A stretch of DNA of 64,000 nt, from contig OZ241322.1 of NCBI GenBank assembly GCA_965199715.1, positions 1,536,001 through 1,600,000 on the forward strand, given 5' to 3'. Under the pieces are notes generated by a model. That model searched no databases and was not told the origin of the DNA. It worked only from the letters and a program-made list of their open reading frames with translations. Position 1 is the first letter of the stretch. The number at the start of each line of letters is the position of its first letter. A program made the translations under genes and the position numbers. Below, piece after piece: positions 37,122 through 46,191 of this stretch. The stretch comes from Vicinamibacteria bacterium (GTDB taxonomy: Bacteria; Acidobacteriota; Vicinamibacteria; Marinacidobacterales; Marinacidobacteraceae).

Positions 37122-38326
37122 CTCCACAGCCCGAGCACTCTCCCGAGAGTGAAGCCGGCGATGACCGCCACCACGAGGATCCCCAGCACGTTGGCGAGCC
37201 GGCCGTTGCGGGCCGCCCCGACGATGGACTTGCGGTTCACGACGACGAGCAGCAGGATGAGCGTCAGCGGCAGCACGACCCCGTTGCCCGCCTGCGCGAG
37301 CACGATGATCTGGTAGGGGGACGCGCCGAGGATCGTCCCGAACAGCATGCCGCTCAGCAGCACGAACGCCCACAGCGCCCGGAAGCGGCCGCTCTTCAGG
37401 TCGGCCTTCCACCCGAACGCGCCGGCCGCGGCGTAGGCGCCGGCGAGCGGCGCGGTGACCGCCGAGGTCAGCCCGGCGGCGAAGAGGCCGATTCCGAAGA
37501 ACAGCGGCGCCGCCGGCCCGAGCAGCGGCTCGAGCTGCTCCGCCACGGCCGCGGCGTTCGCGGCCTCGGCGCCCTGCCCGAAGAGGCGCGACGCCGAGAC
37601 CACGACCGCCGTCGTGATGAGCCCGCCGAGCGCCACCGAGAACAGGATGTCCCGGCGACTCTCCTTGATGTTCTCGGCGGTCCGGTCCGCGTCGGGCCAG
37701 CGCTCCATCGAGGTGCTGGCGTGCAGGAACAGGTTGTAGGAGACGACCGTGGTGCCGATGAGCGCCATGACGGTGAGCGTCGAGCCGTCCGGGATCGTGG
37801 GCACGAGGAACCCGGAGACGAGATCGCCGACGCTCGGCGCGGTCATCACCGCGACCACGCAGAAGACCACGCTCATGAGCCCCACGAGGAAGACCAGCGC
37901 GTTCTGGATCGTCTTGTAGGCCCCGGTGAGCAACAGCCCGCCTGCGGCGCCGCCGATGACGAGCACCAGCAGCCACTGCGGGACGCCGGTGATGAGGCTC
38001 ACCCCGAGCGCGGCCCCGAGCAGGTTGCCGGTCTGGAACGCGGCGTTGCCCAGCAGGATCGTGACCGCGATCAGGCCGAGGACGAGGACCTGCGCGGCGG
38101 GGCCTCCGAGGCTGTCGCGGATGGCCTCCGCGAGCCCGCGCCGGCCGGCGATCCCGACCCGCGCCGCCATGTCCTGGAGCACGCAGGTGGCGAAGACCGC
38201 GAAGAGCACGGTCCACAGCAGCGCGAGGCCGTAGCCGGCGCCGGCGCGGCTCGCGGTGACGATGGTCCCCGGGCCGATGAAGGCGGCGGTGACCAGAAAC
38301 CCCGGGCCTGGACGAAAACGGCTCAT
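37118..38326 (-). CDS. NRAMP-like divalent metal transporter (YcsG-like subgroup)
   Basis: multiple TM helices, AAFIGPGT, GNAAFQTGN, IGTTVVSYNLFLH. Confidence 0.82.
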   Translation of the reverse strand: MSRFRPGPGFLVTAAFIGPGTIVTASRAGAGYGLALLWTVLFAVFATCVLQDMAARVGIAGRRGLAEAIRDSLGGPAAQVLVLGLIAVTILLGNAAFQTGNLLGAALGVSLITGVPQWLLVLVIGGAAGGLLLTGAYKTIQNALVFLVGLMSVVFCVVAVMTAPSVGDLVSGFLVPTIPDGSTLTVMALIGTTVVSYNLFLHASTSMERWPDADRTAENIKESRRDILFSVALGGLITTAVVVSASRLFGQGAEAANAAAVAEQLEPLLGPAAPLFFGIGLFAAGLTSAVTAPLAGAYAAAGAFGWKADLKSGRFRALWAFVLLSGMLFGTILGASPYQIIVLAQAGNGVVLPLTLILLLVVVNRKSIVGAARNGRLANVLGILVVAVIAGFTLGRVLGLWS

Positions 38327-38330
38327 GAAG

Positions 38331-39854
38331 TCACTCGGCGCCGAGCGCCACGATGGGGTCCAGCCGCGCCGCGCGGCGCGCCGGCACCACGCCGGCCACC
38401 ACGCCGACGAGCACCGCCACGAGCAGCGAGAGCAGCGCGGTCAGGAACGAAAGGTCCATGGCGAGCCCGAACGCGCGCTCGACCACGAGCGACGAGATCG
38501 CCCCGAGCGCGATCCCGAGCACGCCGCCGAAGGCTCCCATCATCACCGACTCGGTCAGGAACTGGCCGCCCACGTCGCCGGTCCGCGCCCCGACCGCCAT
38601 GCGCAGGCCGATCTCGCGGATCCGCTCGCGCACCGAGAGCAGCATCACGTTCGAGATGCCGATCGCCCCGACGGTGAGCGACACCAGCGCGATCGCGAGC
38701 AGCAGCGCCGACATCGTCCGGCTGGACCGCTCGAGCGTCTGCGCGAGCTGCTGGAGCGTGGTCCGCTCGAGGTTCGGGATGTTGCCCGCCAGCGTGCGCG
38801 CCACGTCCGGGTGCAGCCCCTTGGACAAGACCTCGGAGGCCTGGGTGGAGACGGTGAAGTCGTCGGGCATCGTGTCGAGGATGCCGTGGCGTTCGCGCAG
38901 CAGCGTCGTGATGCCGCGGGCCACCTCGGTGACCCGTCCCGACGACTCGGCGGTGACCGTGATCGAGTTCAGGTTCGTCACGTTGAGCAGCCGGTGGACC
39001 GCCGTGAACGGCGTGTACACCGCGTCGAACTCGTCGTCGCCGAGCGCTCCCGGGTTCATCCAGTTGCTGCTTACCACCACGCCCACGACCTCGAACGGCT
39101 GGCTCCAGATCGTGACCCGCCGGCCGACCGGATCGTCCTCGCCGAAGAGCCGGTCGCGGACCACGCTGCCGAGCACGACGACCTGCTCCGCCCGGTTCAG
39201 CTCGCCCTGGGTGAAGAAGCGCCCGTGCTGGATCGAGAACGAGCGGCGGATATCGATCAGATCCACTTCCGTCCCGTGGAGCCGCGTGAACCAGCGCCGG
39301 TCGGCGCTGAAGATGCGCACGCTCTCGTGGACTCCGGAGGCCGCGTTGGAGACTCCGGGCATCCGCGAGATCGCATCGGCGTCGTCCTGCGTCAGGGTCG
39401 CCGCGCCGCCGAGTCCGGCCGCCGAGTCGCCGAGTCGTTCGGCCGCGGTCGGATGGTCGTGCTTCTCCATCGGGTCGTTTTCCGGATGCGCGAGCGCGAC
39501 CGGCTCGACCTTCCGCAGCAGCCGCTCGAAGAGCCCCGGGTCCAGCGACGCCCCGTGCCGGGTGGGAGCCTCGGTTCCGCCGAGCGGGCGCTCGCCCCGG
39601 GTGCGGTAGTTGCCGGCGGTGATCTCGATGACGTTCAGCCCGGCGGCCCGGACCTGCCGCTGGATCGAGTTCTGGGCGCCGCGCCCGAGCGCGATCGTGG
39701 TCATCAGCGCCGCGACCCCGATGGCGAGGCCGGTCAGCGTCAGCCCGGTGCGCAGCGGGTAGCGCCGCAGGCTCTGACGCGCGACCTCGACCGCCGTGTC
39801 GCGGGCCATCCGGCGGCGGGAGTCACCCCGCGCTTTCGTTGCGGATCCTTCCAT
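38331..39854 (-). CDS. MacB/FtsX-family ABC permease (start 39854 or 39809)
   Basis: LRTGLTLTGLAIGVAA, GISNVMLLSVRERIREIGLRMAVGA, PARRAARLDPIVAL. Confidence 0.9.
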   Translation of the reverse strand: MEGSATKARGDSRRRMARDTAVEVARQSLRRYPLRTGLTLTGLAIGVAALMTTIALGRGAQNSIQRQVRAAGLNVIEITAGNYRTRGERPLGGTEAPTRHGASLDPGLFERLLRKVEPVALAHPENDPMEKHDHPTAAERLGDSAAGLGGAATLTQDDADAISRMPGVSNAASGVHESVRIFSADRRWFTRLHGTEVDLIDIRRSFSIQHGRFFTQGELNRAEQVVVLGSVVRDRLFGEDDPVGRRVTIWSQPFEVVGVVVSSNWMNPGALGDDEFDAVYTPFTAVHRLLNVTNLNSITVTAESSGRVTEVARGITTLLRERHGILDTMPDDFTVSTQASEVLSKGLHPDVARTLAGNIPNLERTTLQQLAQTLERSSRTMSALLLAIALVSLTVGAIGISNVMLLSVRERIREIGLRMAVGARTGDVGGQFLTESVMMGAFGGVLGIALGAISSLVVERAFGLAMDLSFLTALLSLLVAVLVGVVAGVVPARRAARLDPIVALGAE

Positions 39855-40542
39855 CTTCGATCTCCACCCGCCGGGTGGCGTACTGGGCCACCTGTCGGTC
39901 GTGCGTGATCATCACGACCGTCAGGCCCCGTTCCCGGTTCAGCCGGGCGAACGTGTCGAGGATCTCGCGCCCGGTCCTTGTGTCCAGATTGCCCGTGGGC
40001 TCGTCGGCGAGCAGCATGCGCGGCCCGTTGGCGAGCGCCCGGGCGATGGCCACCCGCTGCTGCTGCCCGCCCGAGAGCTGGTTCGGCGCGTGCGTCGCCC
40101 GGTCCGACAGGCTGACGGCGGCCAGCGCCTCCTCGGCGCGCCGCCGCCGCTCCTCCTTCGGGGGCTTGTCCGCCCGGTACAGCATCGGCAGCTCCACGTT
40201 CTCGAGCGCGGAAGCCCGCGCCAGAAGGTGGAAGCTCTGGAAGACGAAGCCGATCTCCTCGTTGCGGATGCGCGCCCGCTCGTCCGGATCCAGCTGGGAC
40301 ACGTCCCGGTTCATGAGTCGGTACGAGCCGGACGTGGGCTGGTCGAGGCACCCGAGGATGTGCATCAGGGTGCTCTTGCCCGACCCCGACGGGCCGAGCA
40401 CCGAGACGAACTCGCCCGCCTCGACCGAGAGGCTCACGCCCCGCAGCGCCCGCACCTCGTGGTCCTCGCCGAGGACGTAGGTCTTGACCAGGTCCCGGAC
40501 CTCGATGGCGGGTCCGCCGGACGCGGCTTCGGGAGTTCCCAT
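39823..40542 (-). CDS. MacB/LolD-type ABC ATP-binding protein
   Basis: GPSGSGKST, IGFVFQSFHL, LSGGQQQRVAIARAL, DEPTGNLD. Confidence 0.92.
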   Translation of the reverse strand: MGTPEAASGGPAIEVRDLVKTYVLGEDHEVRALRGVSLSVEAGEFVSVLGPSGSGKSTLMHILGCLDQPTSGSYRLMNRDVSQLDPDERARIRNEEIGFVFQSFHLLARASALENVELPMLYRADKPPKEERRRRAEEALAAVSLSDRATHAPNQLSGGQQQRVAIARALANGPRMLLADEPTGNLDTRTGREILDTFARLNRERGLTVVMITHDRQVAQYATRRVEIEDGRIRNESAG

Positions 40543-40738
40543 GCGTGGCTCTGCTGACCCGGGACGCGCCCAAGCCGACTCCCTAGTGTATGCGCTCGGC
40601 ATGCCGCCCCGCCCTCCGGCCGATGCGTCAAATTGCGGCATAGGCCGGACAAGAGCCGTCGCCCTCGCACGGAAGGCTTCTGCGCCCGCGGCTCGCGAAG
40701 GATCGGGCCCGGACGACGACGGAACAAAGGGAGGCTTC

Positions 40739-40891
40739 ATGCACATTGTCCGTGTCATCGCGCTGGGCGTCCTCATGGCGCTCGGCCTTTCGTGCAACAG
40801 CGGCGGCGGCGACGCCGCGCCCGCGCCGCCGCGGAAGGTCCTGCCGCAGGCGCCCTTGCACCTACCGCGTGGAACGCCCGTATTTCGATGA
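40739..40891 (+). pseudogene. possible truncated lipoprotein
   Basis: SD GGGAGG, MHIVRVIALGVLMALGLSC lipobox, ORF ends after about 50 codons. Confidence 0.4.
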
Positions 40892-40964
40892 CCGGGTCGG
40901 CTGGTTCCGCTTCGATTTTCGGTGGTTCCCGCCGGAATCCCAAGGCACGGATCCGGTCACGACG

Positions 40965-41062
40965 CAAGAGCTCCGGGATTCGCCCTCCTCCTGACGCGCA
41001 CCCCGCCGTTCCTCAACGAACGCGGCGGCTCGAGCGCGCATTTCGTTCCGCGAAAGGCGCAT
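40965..41062 (-). pseudogene. N-terminal remnant of an MmeI-like (type IIL) R-M enzyme
   Basis: MRLSRNEMRARAAAFVEE..EEGESRS resembles my recollection of the MmeI-family start (M.LSWNEIRARA..F..E..E.Q.F); rest missing. Confidence 0.55.
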
Positions 41063-41102
41063 GGATTCAGGCAAGGACCCGCACAGCGATAAAGTGGAAG
41101 GA

Positions 41103-41306
41103 ATGGCCAAACAGATGCGCAGGGGTGGGCCGCCTCCTCCCGATCCGCACTTCGCGAAGGACTGGCGCGAACAGATCAAGGCGCGCCTCGCCGCCCAGGT
41201 CGAGGCCGGAGGCACGCTGTACGGGGTTCGGGCCGACGGCGCCTATGTCGCCCGCACCAAACATGGCGAACGAGTCATCGCGCCGGCCAAGCGGGATTCC
41301 GAGTAA
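41103..41306 (+). CDS. small hypothetical protein, possible antitoxin partner of the zeta-like ATPase
   Basis: intact 67-aa ORF with TAAAGT 7 nt upstream; directly precedes the P-loop pseudogene. Confidence 0.5.
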   Translation: MAKQMRRGGPPPPDPHFAKDWREQIKARLAAQVEAGGTLYGVRADGAYVARTKHGERVIAPAKRDSE

Positions 41307-41330
41307 GCCGGCGGAACGACCGCTCTCCGC

Positions 41331-41743
41331 GTGCCCACGCTCTTGGTCGTGGCGGGACCAAACGGCTGCGGTAAATCCACCTTGACCCAGACAACCGGCT
41401 TTCGCGGATTCAAGATCATCGACCCGGATGCGATCATGCGTGAACTGGGGACCGACAGTGGAGCGCATGCGGCCAGGGAGGCGCTGCACCGGAGGCGGAC
41501 CGCCTTGCCCGCATTCGGAACCGCGTCGCGCTCGGCGGACATGACGTTCCCGAAGCGGACGTGCGGCGACGTTTCGACCGGTCGCACGCCAACCTCCCGC
41601 ACGCCATCAAGATAGCCCACAAGGCGCAACTTCACGACAACGCGAGCCCGGACGAGCCGCACCGGGAAGTCGCCGTCCTGATGGAGGGCCGCTGATGGGC
41701 CGCCGAGCGCCTCCCGCGCTGGGCGGCGCGGGTTCTTCCCTAG
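41331..41743 (+). pseudogene. zeta-toxin-like/COG4185 P-loop ATPase pseudogene
   Basis: VVAGPNGCGKST..IDPDAI, frameshift/deletion near 41510, RVALGGHDVPEADVRRRF..HDN in another frame, internal TGA at 41693. Confidence 0.78.
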
Positions 41744-42021
41744 GAGCGCGCCGGAGCGAAGTCCGTCGCCGCGTGCGGGCGGTGCGCCGGAACCGTCTTC
41801 CTCGCGCGTCGGTGGCGGATCACCACGGAGGCGCCGATCCCGAAGAGCAGATACGGCATCCCCAGCAGGAACAGGATGCCCCGGTTGAAGCCGGCGGCGG
41901 CCTCGGGGTTCTGTTCCAGCGCGGTTCGGCACATCGCGCACTGCGCCGCCGCGTCCTCGGGGGCGAGGAACGGGAGCGCGATCGCGACGAGGAGCGCCAG
42001 CGCGGGAAGGCGCGCGGTCAT
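41740..42021 (-). CDS. small membrane protein with AQCAMC motif (oxidase-associated)
   Basis: signal peptide, CAMC, TM GILFLLGMPY; ATGA overlap with subunit IV. Confidence 0.7.
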   Translation of the reverse strand: MTARLPALALLVAIALPFLAPEDAAAQCAMCRTALEQNPEAAAGFNRGILFLLGMPYLLFGIGASVVIRHRRARKTVPAHRPHAATDFAPARS

Positions 42022-42314
42022 CGGCTGCTCGCGAGGATGTGGAGGCCGTCGTACGCGGGCAGCACGAACATCAGGATGCTGGTCAGGAAAAGACCCACGA
42101 GCACCGTCAGGATGAGCTGCATGTGCTCGAACTTGAGGTGCATGTAGTAGAAGATGATGAGGGTCGCCTTGATGGCCGATCCGAAGAGCACGAGGCTGAG
42201 CGCCAGCGCGGTGGGCAACGACGCGCCCTCGATGGCGATCATGAGAAGGGTGACGGCCAGCAGGACGCCCCAGAGGATCCAGTAGCCCCGGTAGGGATGC
42301 GCGGACGAACTCAT
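42018..42314 (-). CDS. cytochrome c oxidase subunit IV
   Basis: three TM helices, KATLIIFYYMHLKFE. Confidence 0.85.
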   Translation of the reverse strand: MSSSAHPYRGYWILWGVLLAVTLLMIAIEGASLPTALALSLVLFGSAIKATLIIFYYMHLKFEHMQLILTVLVGLFLTSILMFVLPAYDGLHILASSR

Positions 42315-42326
42315 GAAATCCCCTCC

Positions 42327-42932
42327 TCAGACCAGGTAGAACAAGGCGAACACAAAGACCCAGACAAGGTCCACGAAGTGCCAGTAAAGGCCGGCGTTCT
42401 CGACCCCGGCCGCCGAATACTTCCCGAGCGCCGAGCGGATCGCGACGACGAGCAGCACGGTCACGCCGGTGAGGACGTGGAAGCCGTGGAAGCCGGTGAT
42501 GATGAAGAAGAACTGGCTGAAGGTCGGCGAACCCCACGGGTTCCCGGTGATGCCGCCGCCCTCGGCGATGAAGTGGCTCCACTCGTACACCTGCATGCCG
42601 AGGAAGCCGAAGCCGCCGATGATCGTGAGCCACAAGAAGAGCGTGACCCGGTCCTTGCGCCCCATCTCGGCCGCCGCGACCGCGCAGGCCATGGTGGCCG
42701 ACGAGCTGATGAGCACGAAGGTCATCGCCGCGATGTAGGTGAGGCTGAAGACCTCCGACTGCTCGGGCCAATCGCCGGTGGCGATGCGGACCACGCCGTA
42801 GGACACCAGCAGGCCAGCGAAGAGCAGGGCGTCGGTGACGATGAAGAACCACATCATGGTCTTCTGCCAGGTGGCGCCGAAGGGGCTGGCGCCGCCGCCC
42901 CAATCGGCCTCTGCGAGCACGGTCTGGCTCAT
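42327..42932 (-). CDS. ctaE: cytochrome c oxidase subunit III
   Basis: MMWFFIVTD, TGFHGFHV, GLYWHFVDLVW. Confidence 0.9.
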   Translation of the reverse strand: MSQTVLAEADWGGGASPFGATWQKTMMWFFIVTDALLFAGLLVSYGVVRIATGDWPEQSEVFSLTYIAAMTFVLISSSATMACAVAAAEMGRKDRVTLFLWLTIIGGFGFLGMQVYEWSHFIAEGGGITGNPWGSPTFSQFFFIITGFHGFHVLTGVTVLLVVAIRSALGKYSAAGVENAGLYWHFVDLVWVFVFALFYLV

Positions 42933-42963
42933 GCGGCCTCCTGTTTCCCGATGCCCGGAAACG

Positions 42964-43548
42964 TCATCCGAGCAGGAACATCACGGCCAGCAGATAGATC
43001 CACAGACCGCCGACGAAATGCCAGTAGATGGCGGTGAGGGTCGGAGCGTCCGACCGTCCGGGGACGAGGCGTCCGACGGCCGCGAGCAGCGCGACCGCGA
43101 CGAGAGCGACCACGCCCGCGAGCAGATGCGCCCCGTGCACTCCGGTCAATACGAAGAAGAACGAACTCTTGGGGTGGCTTTGGAGGTACACCCCGGCGTC
43201 CTGGAGCGCCCGCCACGAGGCGAGCTGGCAGGCGAGGAATCCGACCCCAAGCGCCGCCGTCGCGAGCATCGCGTTCCGGAACGCCGGAAGCCGCCCGCCC
43301 TGGAACGCCCGCCGCGCCCGTTCGAGCGACGCCGAGCTGAGCAGGATCAGCGCGGTGCCGAGCCACAGGACGGCGGGCGGCTCGAGCGCCACCCAGTCGC
43401 TTCCGCCGCTGCGGACGATGTACGCCGAGGTGAACGCGGCGAACAGCATGGTGATCCCCGCGAGCCCGACGAGCATGCCGAGCCGGTTCACGAACCGGCG
43501 ATCCGCCGGTCCGCCGCCCGCGGCCGCTTCGAAATGCGCAGTGGTCAT
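42964..43548 (-). CDS. cytochrome c oxidase subunit III (second copy)
   Basis: MLFAAFTSAY, LTGVHGAH, YWHFVGGLW. Confidence 0.88.
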   Translation of the reverse strand: MTTAHFEAAAGGGPADRRFVNRLGMLVGLAGITMLFAAFTSAYIVRSGGSDWVALEPPAVLWLGTALILLSSASLERARRAFQGGRLPAFRNAMLATAALGVGFLACQLASWRALQDAGVYLQSHPKSSFFFVLTGVHGAHLLAGVVALVAVALLAAVGRLVPGRSDAPTLTAIYWHFVGGLWIYLLAVMFLLG

Positions 43549-43558
43549 GGGGATCCCG

Positions 43559-45286
43559 TCAGTTCTCCCACTGGGTCACGAAGTCGCGCTTCCCGCCGGG
43601 CGGGCTGTACTCGTAGGGCCAGCGCTTCACCTCGGGAATCTCGCCGGGCCAGTTGCCGTGGCCGGGGTGCGGCGGGGTGGACCACTCCAGCCCGACCGAG
43701 TTCCATGGGTTCTCGGTCGCCGGGGCGCCGAAGCGCATGCTGACGAAGTAGTTCCAGATGAAGATGAGCTGGCCGAGGAAGAGGATGAACGCCGCGATGG
43801 TGATGAACACGTTCACCGGCTGGAGCGGCTGCAGGAACTCGTAGACGTTCGGGTCGTAGATCCGCCGCATCATCCCCGAGACGCCGAGGTAGTGCATCGG
43901 GAAGAACACCGCGTAGTAGGCGATGAACGTGATCCAGAAGTGGATCTTCCCGAGACGCTCGCTGAGCATCCGGCCGAACATCTTGGGATACCAGTAGTAC
44001 ACCGCTCCGAAGGCCCCGAAGAGGCCGGCGCCGGCCATGATGAAGTGGAAGTGGCCGACCACGAAGTAGGTGTCGTGAAGCTGGATGTCGGTCGCGTTGG
44101 TCCCGAGGAATATGCCGGTGAGGCCGCCGGTCACGAACAGCGACACCACGGCAAGCGCGAACAGCGCCGGCGTCGTGAACAGGATGCGCGACCTCACGAT
44201 GGTGAACAGCCAGTTGAACGCCTTGACCGCCGACGGGATCGCGATCGCGAGAGTGGTCACCACGAAGAGGCTGCCGAGGAACGGGCTCATGCCGCTCACG
44301 AACATGTGGTGGCCCCAGACGAGGAAACTGAGGGTGCCGATGGCGACGATCGCGTACACCATCGACTTGTAGCCGAAGATCGGACGGCGGCAGAAGGTGG
44401 CGAGGATGTCCGACGTGAACCCCATCGCCGGCAGCATGATGATGTACACCTCGGGGTGGCCGAGGAACCAGAACAGGTGCTGCCAGAGCAGCGGCGTGCC
44501 GCCCTCGTGGGGCATCAGCGTGTCGCCGATGTAGATGCCGGCGGGCAGGAAGAAGCTGGTGCCGAGCGACCGGTCGAACGTCAGCAGGATGGCGCCGGCG
44601 GCGAGCGCCGGGAAGGACAACAGGCCGAGGATGCCGACCACGAACTGCGCCCAGGTGGTCAGCGGCATACGCATCATCCGCAGGCCCTTCGTGCGCAGGT
44701 TCAGGATCGTGACGACGAAGTTGAGGCCGCCCATCGTGAACGAGGCCACGAAGAAGATCATCCCGACCAGCCAGAGCGTCTGTCCGGCGTCGGAGCCGGG
44801 AATCGCGCTGCGGATCGCCGACAGCGGCGGGTAGGCGGTCCAGCCGGAAGCGGCGGCGCCGCCCTCCACGAAGAACGAGACGATGATGATGATCGCGCCC
44901 GGAACCACGGTCCAGAAGGACAGCATGTTCAGGAACGGGAACGCCATGTCGCGGGCGCCGATCTGGAGCGGGATCAGGAAGTTCCCGAAGCCGCTGACCG
45001 GAAGCAGCGACAGCAGGAAGAACACCATGATCGTCCCGTGCATCGTGAACAGGGACACGTAGAACTCGGGAGTCATGATCCCGCTGGCCATGCCCACCGG
45101 GAACAGGTTCTCGAGGAACGGCCACGGGCGCGAGGGGAACCCGAGCTGCAGGCGGATCAGGACCGCGAGAATCCCGCCGATGAACCCCATGGTCATCGCG
45201 AGCGTGAAGTACTGCTTCCCGATCATCTTGTGATCGAAGCTGAAGACGTACTTGCTTATGAAGCCTTGCTTGTGGCCGTGCTCCAT
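43559..45286 (-). CDS. ctaD: cytochrome c oxidase subunit I, A1 type
   Basis: DHKMIG, TMHGT, WFLGHPEVY, WGHHM, GHFH. Confidence 0.95.
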   Translation of the reverse strand: MEHGHKQGFISKYVFSFDHKMIGKQYFTLAMTMGFIGGILAVLIRLQLGFPSRPWPFLENLFPVGMASGIMTPEFYVSLFTMHGTIMVFFLLSLLPVSGFGNFLIPLQIGARDMAFPFLNMLSFWTVVPGAIIIIVSFFVEGGAAASGWTAYPPLSAIRSAIPGSDAGQTLWLVGMIFFVASFTMGGLNFVVTILNLRTKGLRMMRMPLTTWAQFVVGILGLLSFPALAAGAILLTFDRSLGTSFFLPAGIYIGDTLMPHEGGTPLLWQHLFWFLGHPEVYIIMLPAMGFTSDILATFCRRPIFGYKSMVYAIVAIGTLSFLVWGHHMFVSGMSPFLGSLFVVTTLAIAIPSAVKAFNWLFTIVRSRILFTTPALFALAVVSLFVTGGLTGIFLGTNATDIQLHDTYFVVGHFHFIMAGAGLFGAFGAVYYWYPKMFGRMLSERLGKIHFWITFIAYYAVFFPMHYLGVSGMMRRIYDPNVYEFLQPLQPVNVFITIAAFILFLGQLIFIWNYFVSMRFGAPATENPWNSVGLEWSTPPHPGHGNWPGEIPEVKRWPYEYSPPGGKRDFVTQWEN

Positions 45287-45311
45287 CGTGTTCTCCAGTG
45301 ACTCCGGGGCG

Positions 45312-46133
45312 TCAGTTCCCGGCGGCGGGGGCGTTTTGGGCCACCCAGGCCTCGTAGTCGCCCGCCTCCATGACCTCGAGGAAGGCGCGCATCCGGTAGT
45401 GGCCGAGACCGCACAGCTCGGCGCAGGCCACCTCGTAGTTGCCGGTCTTGATCGGCGTGAACCACACCTCGGTGCTCATGCCCGGAACCAGGTCGCGCTT
45501 GACCCGGAAGTTGGGCAGGAAGAAGGCGTGCTGGACGTCCTTCGAGCGCAGGAGGATCCGCGCCGGGCGGTCCACCGGGAGCACCAACTGGTTCGTGAGC
45601 ACCCAGTCGTCGGCGGCCGCCGGATCCGCGCCGTCGAGCCCGATCTGGTTGTCGATGGCGTACAGCTCGGGGTTGAAGCGCCCGAACTCGCCGTCCGCGC
45701 CCGGATAGTGGAAGTCCCACTGGAACTGCGCACCGACCGCGATGACGGTGACCGCGTCGTCGGGGGCCGGCTCGTTCACCCGCTCCCAGTACACGAGGCC
45801 GGTGAGCACGATCGGGACGAGGATGACCGCGGTCCCGAGCGTCCAGAACATCTCGAGCCGGTGGCTCTCGTGCCAGTTCGAGGCGACCGCGCCGGGCCGG
45901 TCGCGGTAGCGCCACACCACCCAGCCGAGCGCCACCTGGTAGAGCACGAAGGCGACGCCGGTGATCGCGAGGATGATGTTGTAGAGGCTGTCGAGATAGG
46001 CCCGGTCGGACGCCAGCTCGGGGACTCCGTAGCGGAAGAAGTAGGCGACCGAGGCCGCAACCATCACCCACAGGAACAAGGCGAAGGCGATTCCCGCGAG
46101 GCCGCCGGAAGCCGCTTTCGGATCGTCTGCCAT
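45312..46133 (-). CDS. ctaC: cytochrome c oxidase subunit II (CuA)
   Basis: two TM helices, DVQHAF, CAELCGLGHYRM. Confidence 0.93.
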   Translation of the reverse strand: MADDPKAASGGLAGIAFALFLWVMVAASVAYFFRYGVPELASDRAYLDSLYNIILAITGVAFVLYQVALGWVVWRYRDRPGAVASNWHESHRLEMFWTLGTAVILVPIVLTGLVYWERVNEPAPDDAVTVIAVGAQFQWDFHYPGADGEFGRFNPELYAIDNQIGLDGADPAAADDWVLTNQLVLPVDRPARILLRSKDVQHAFFLPNFRVKRDLVPGMSTEVWFTPIKTGNYEVACAELCGLGHYRMRAFLEVMEAGDYEAWVAQNAPAAGN

Positions 46134-46191
46134 GAGGTCTTCTCCTGATTTCCGAACAGGACTCAACGGACCTGCGGGCGCCGCGCCCGCA

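Noticed and set aside
41740-42021. AQCAMC protein as a third arrest peptide
   Set aside because: It has no RAPP-like C-terminus and no downstream same-strand gene to regulate
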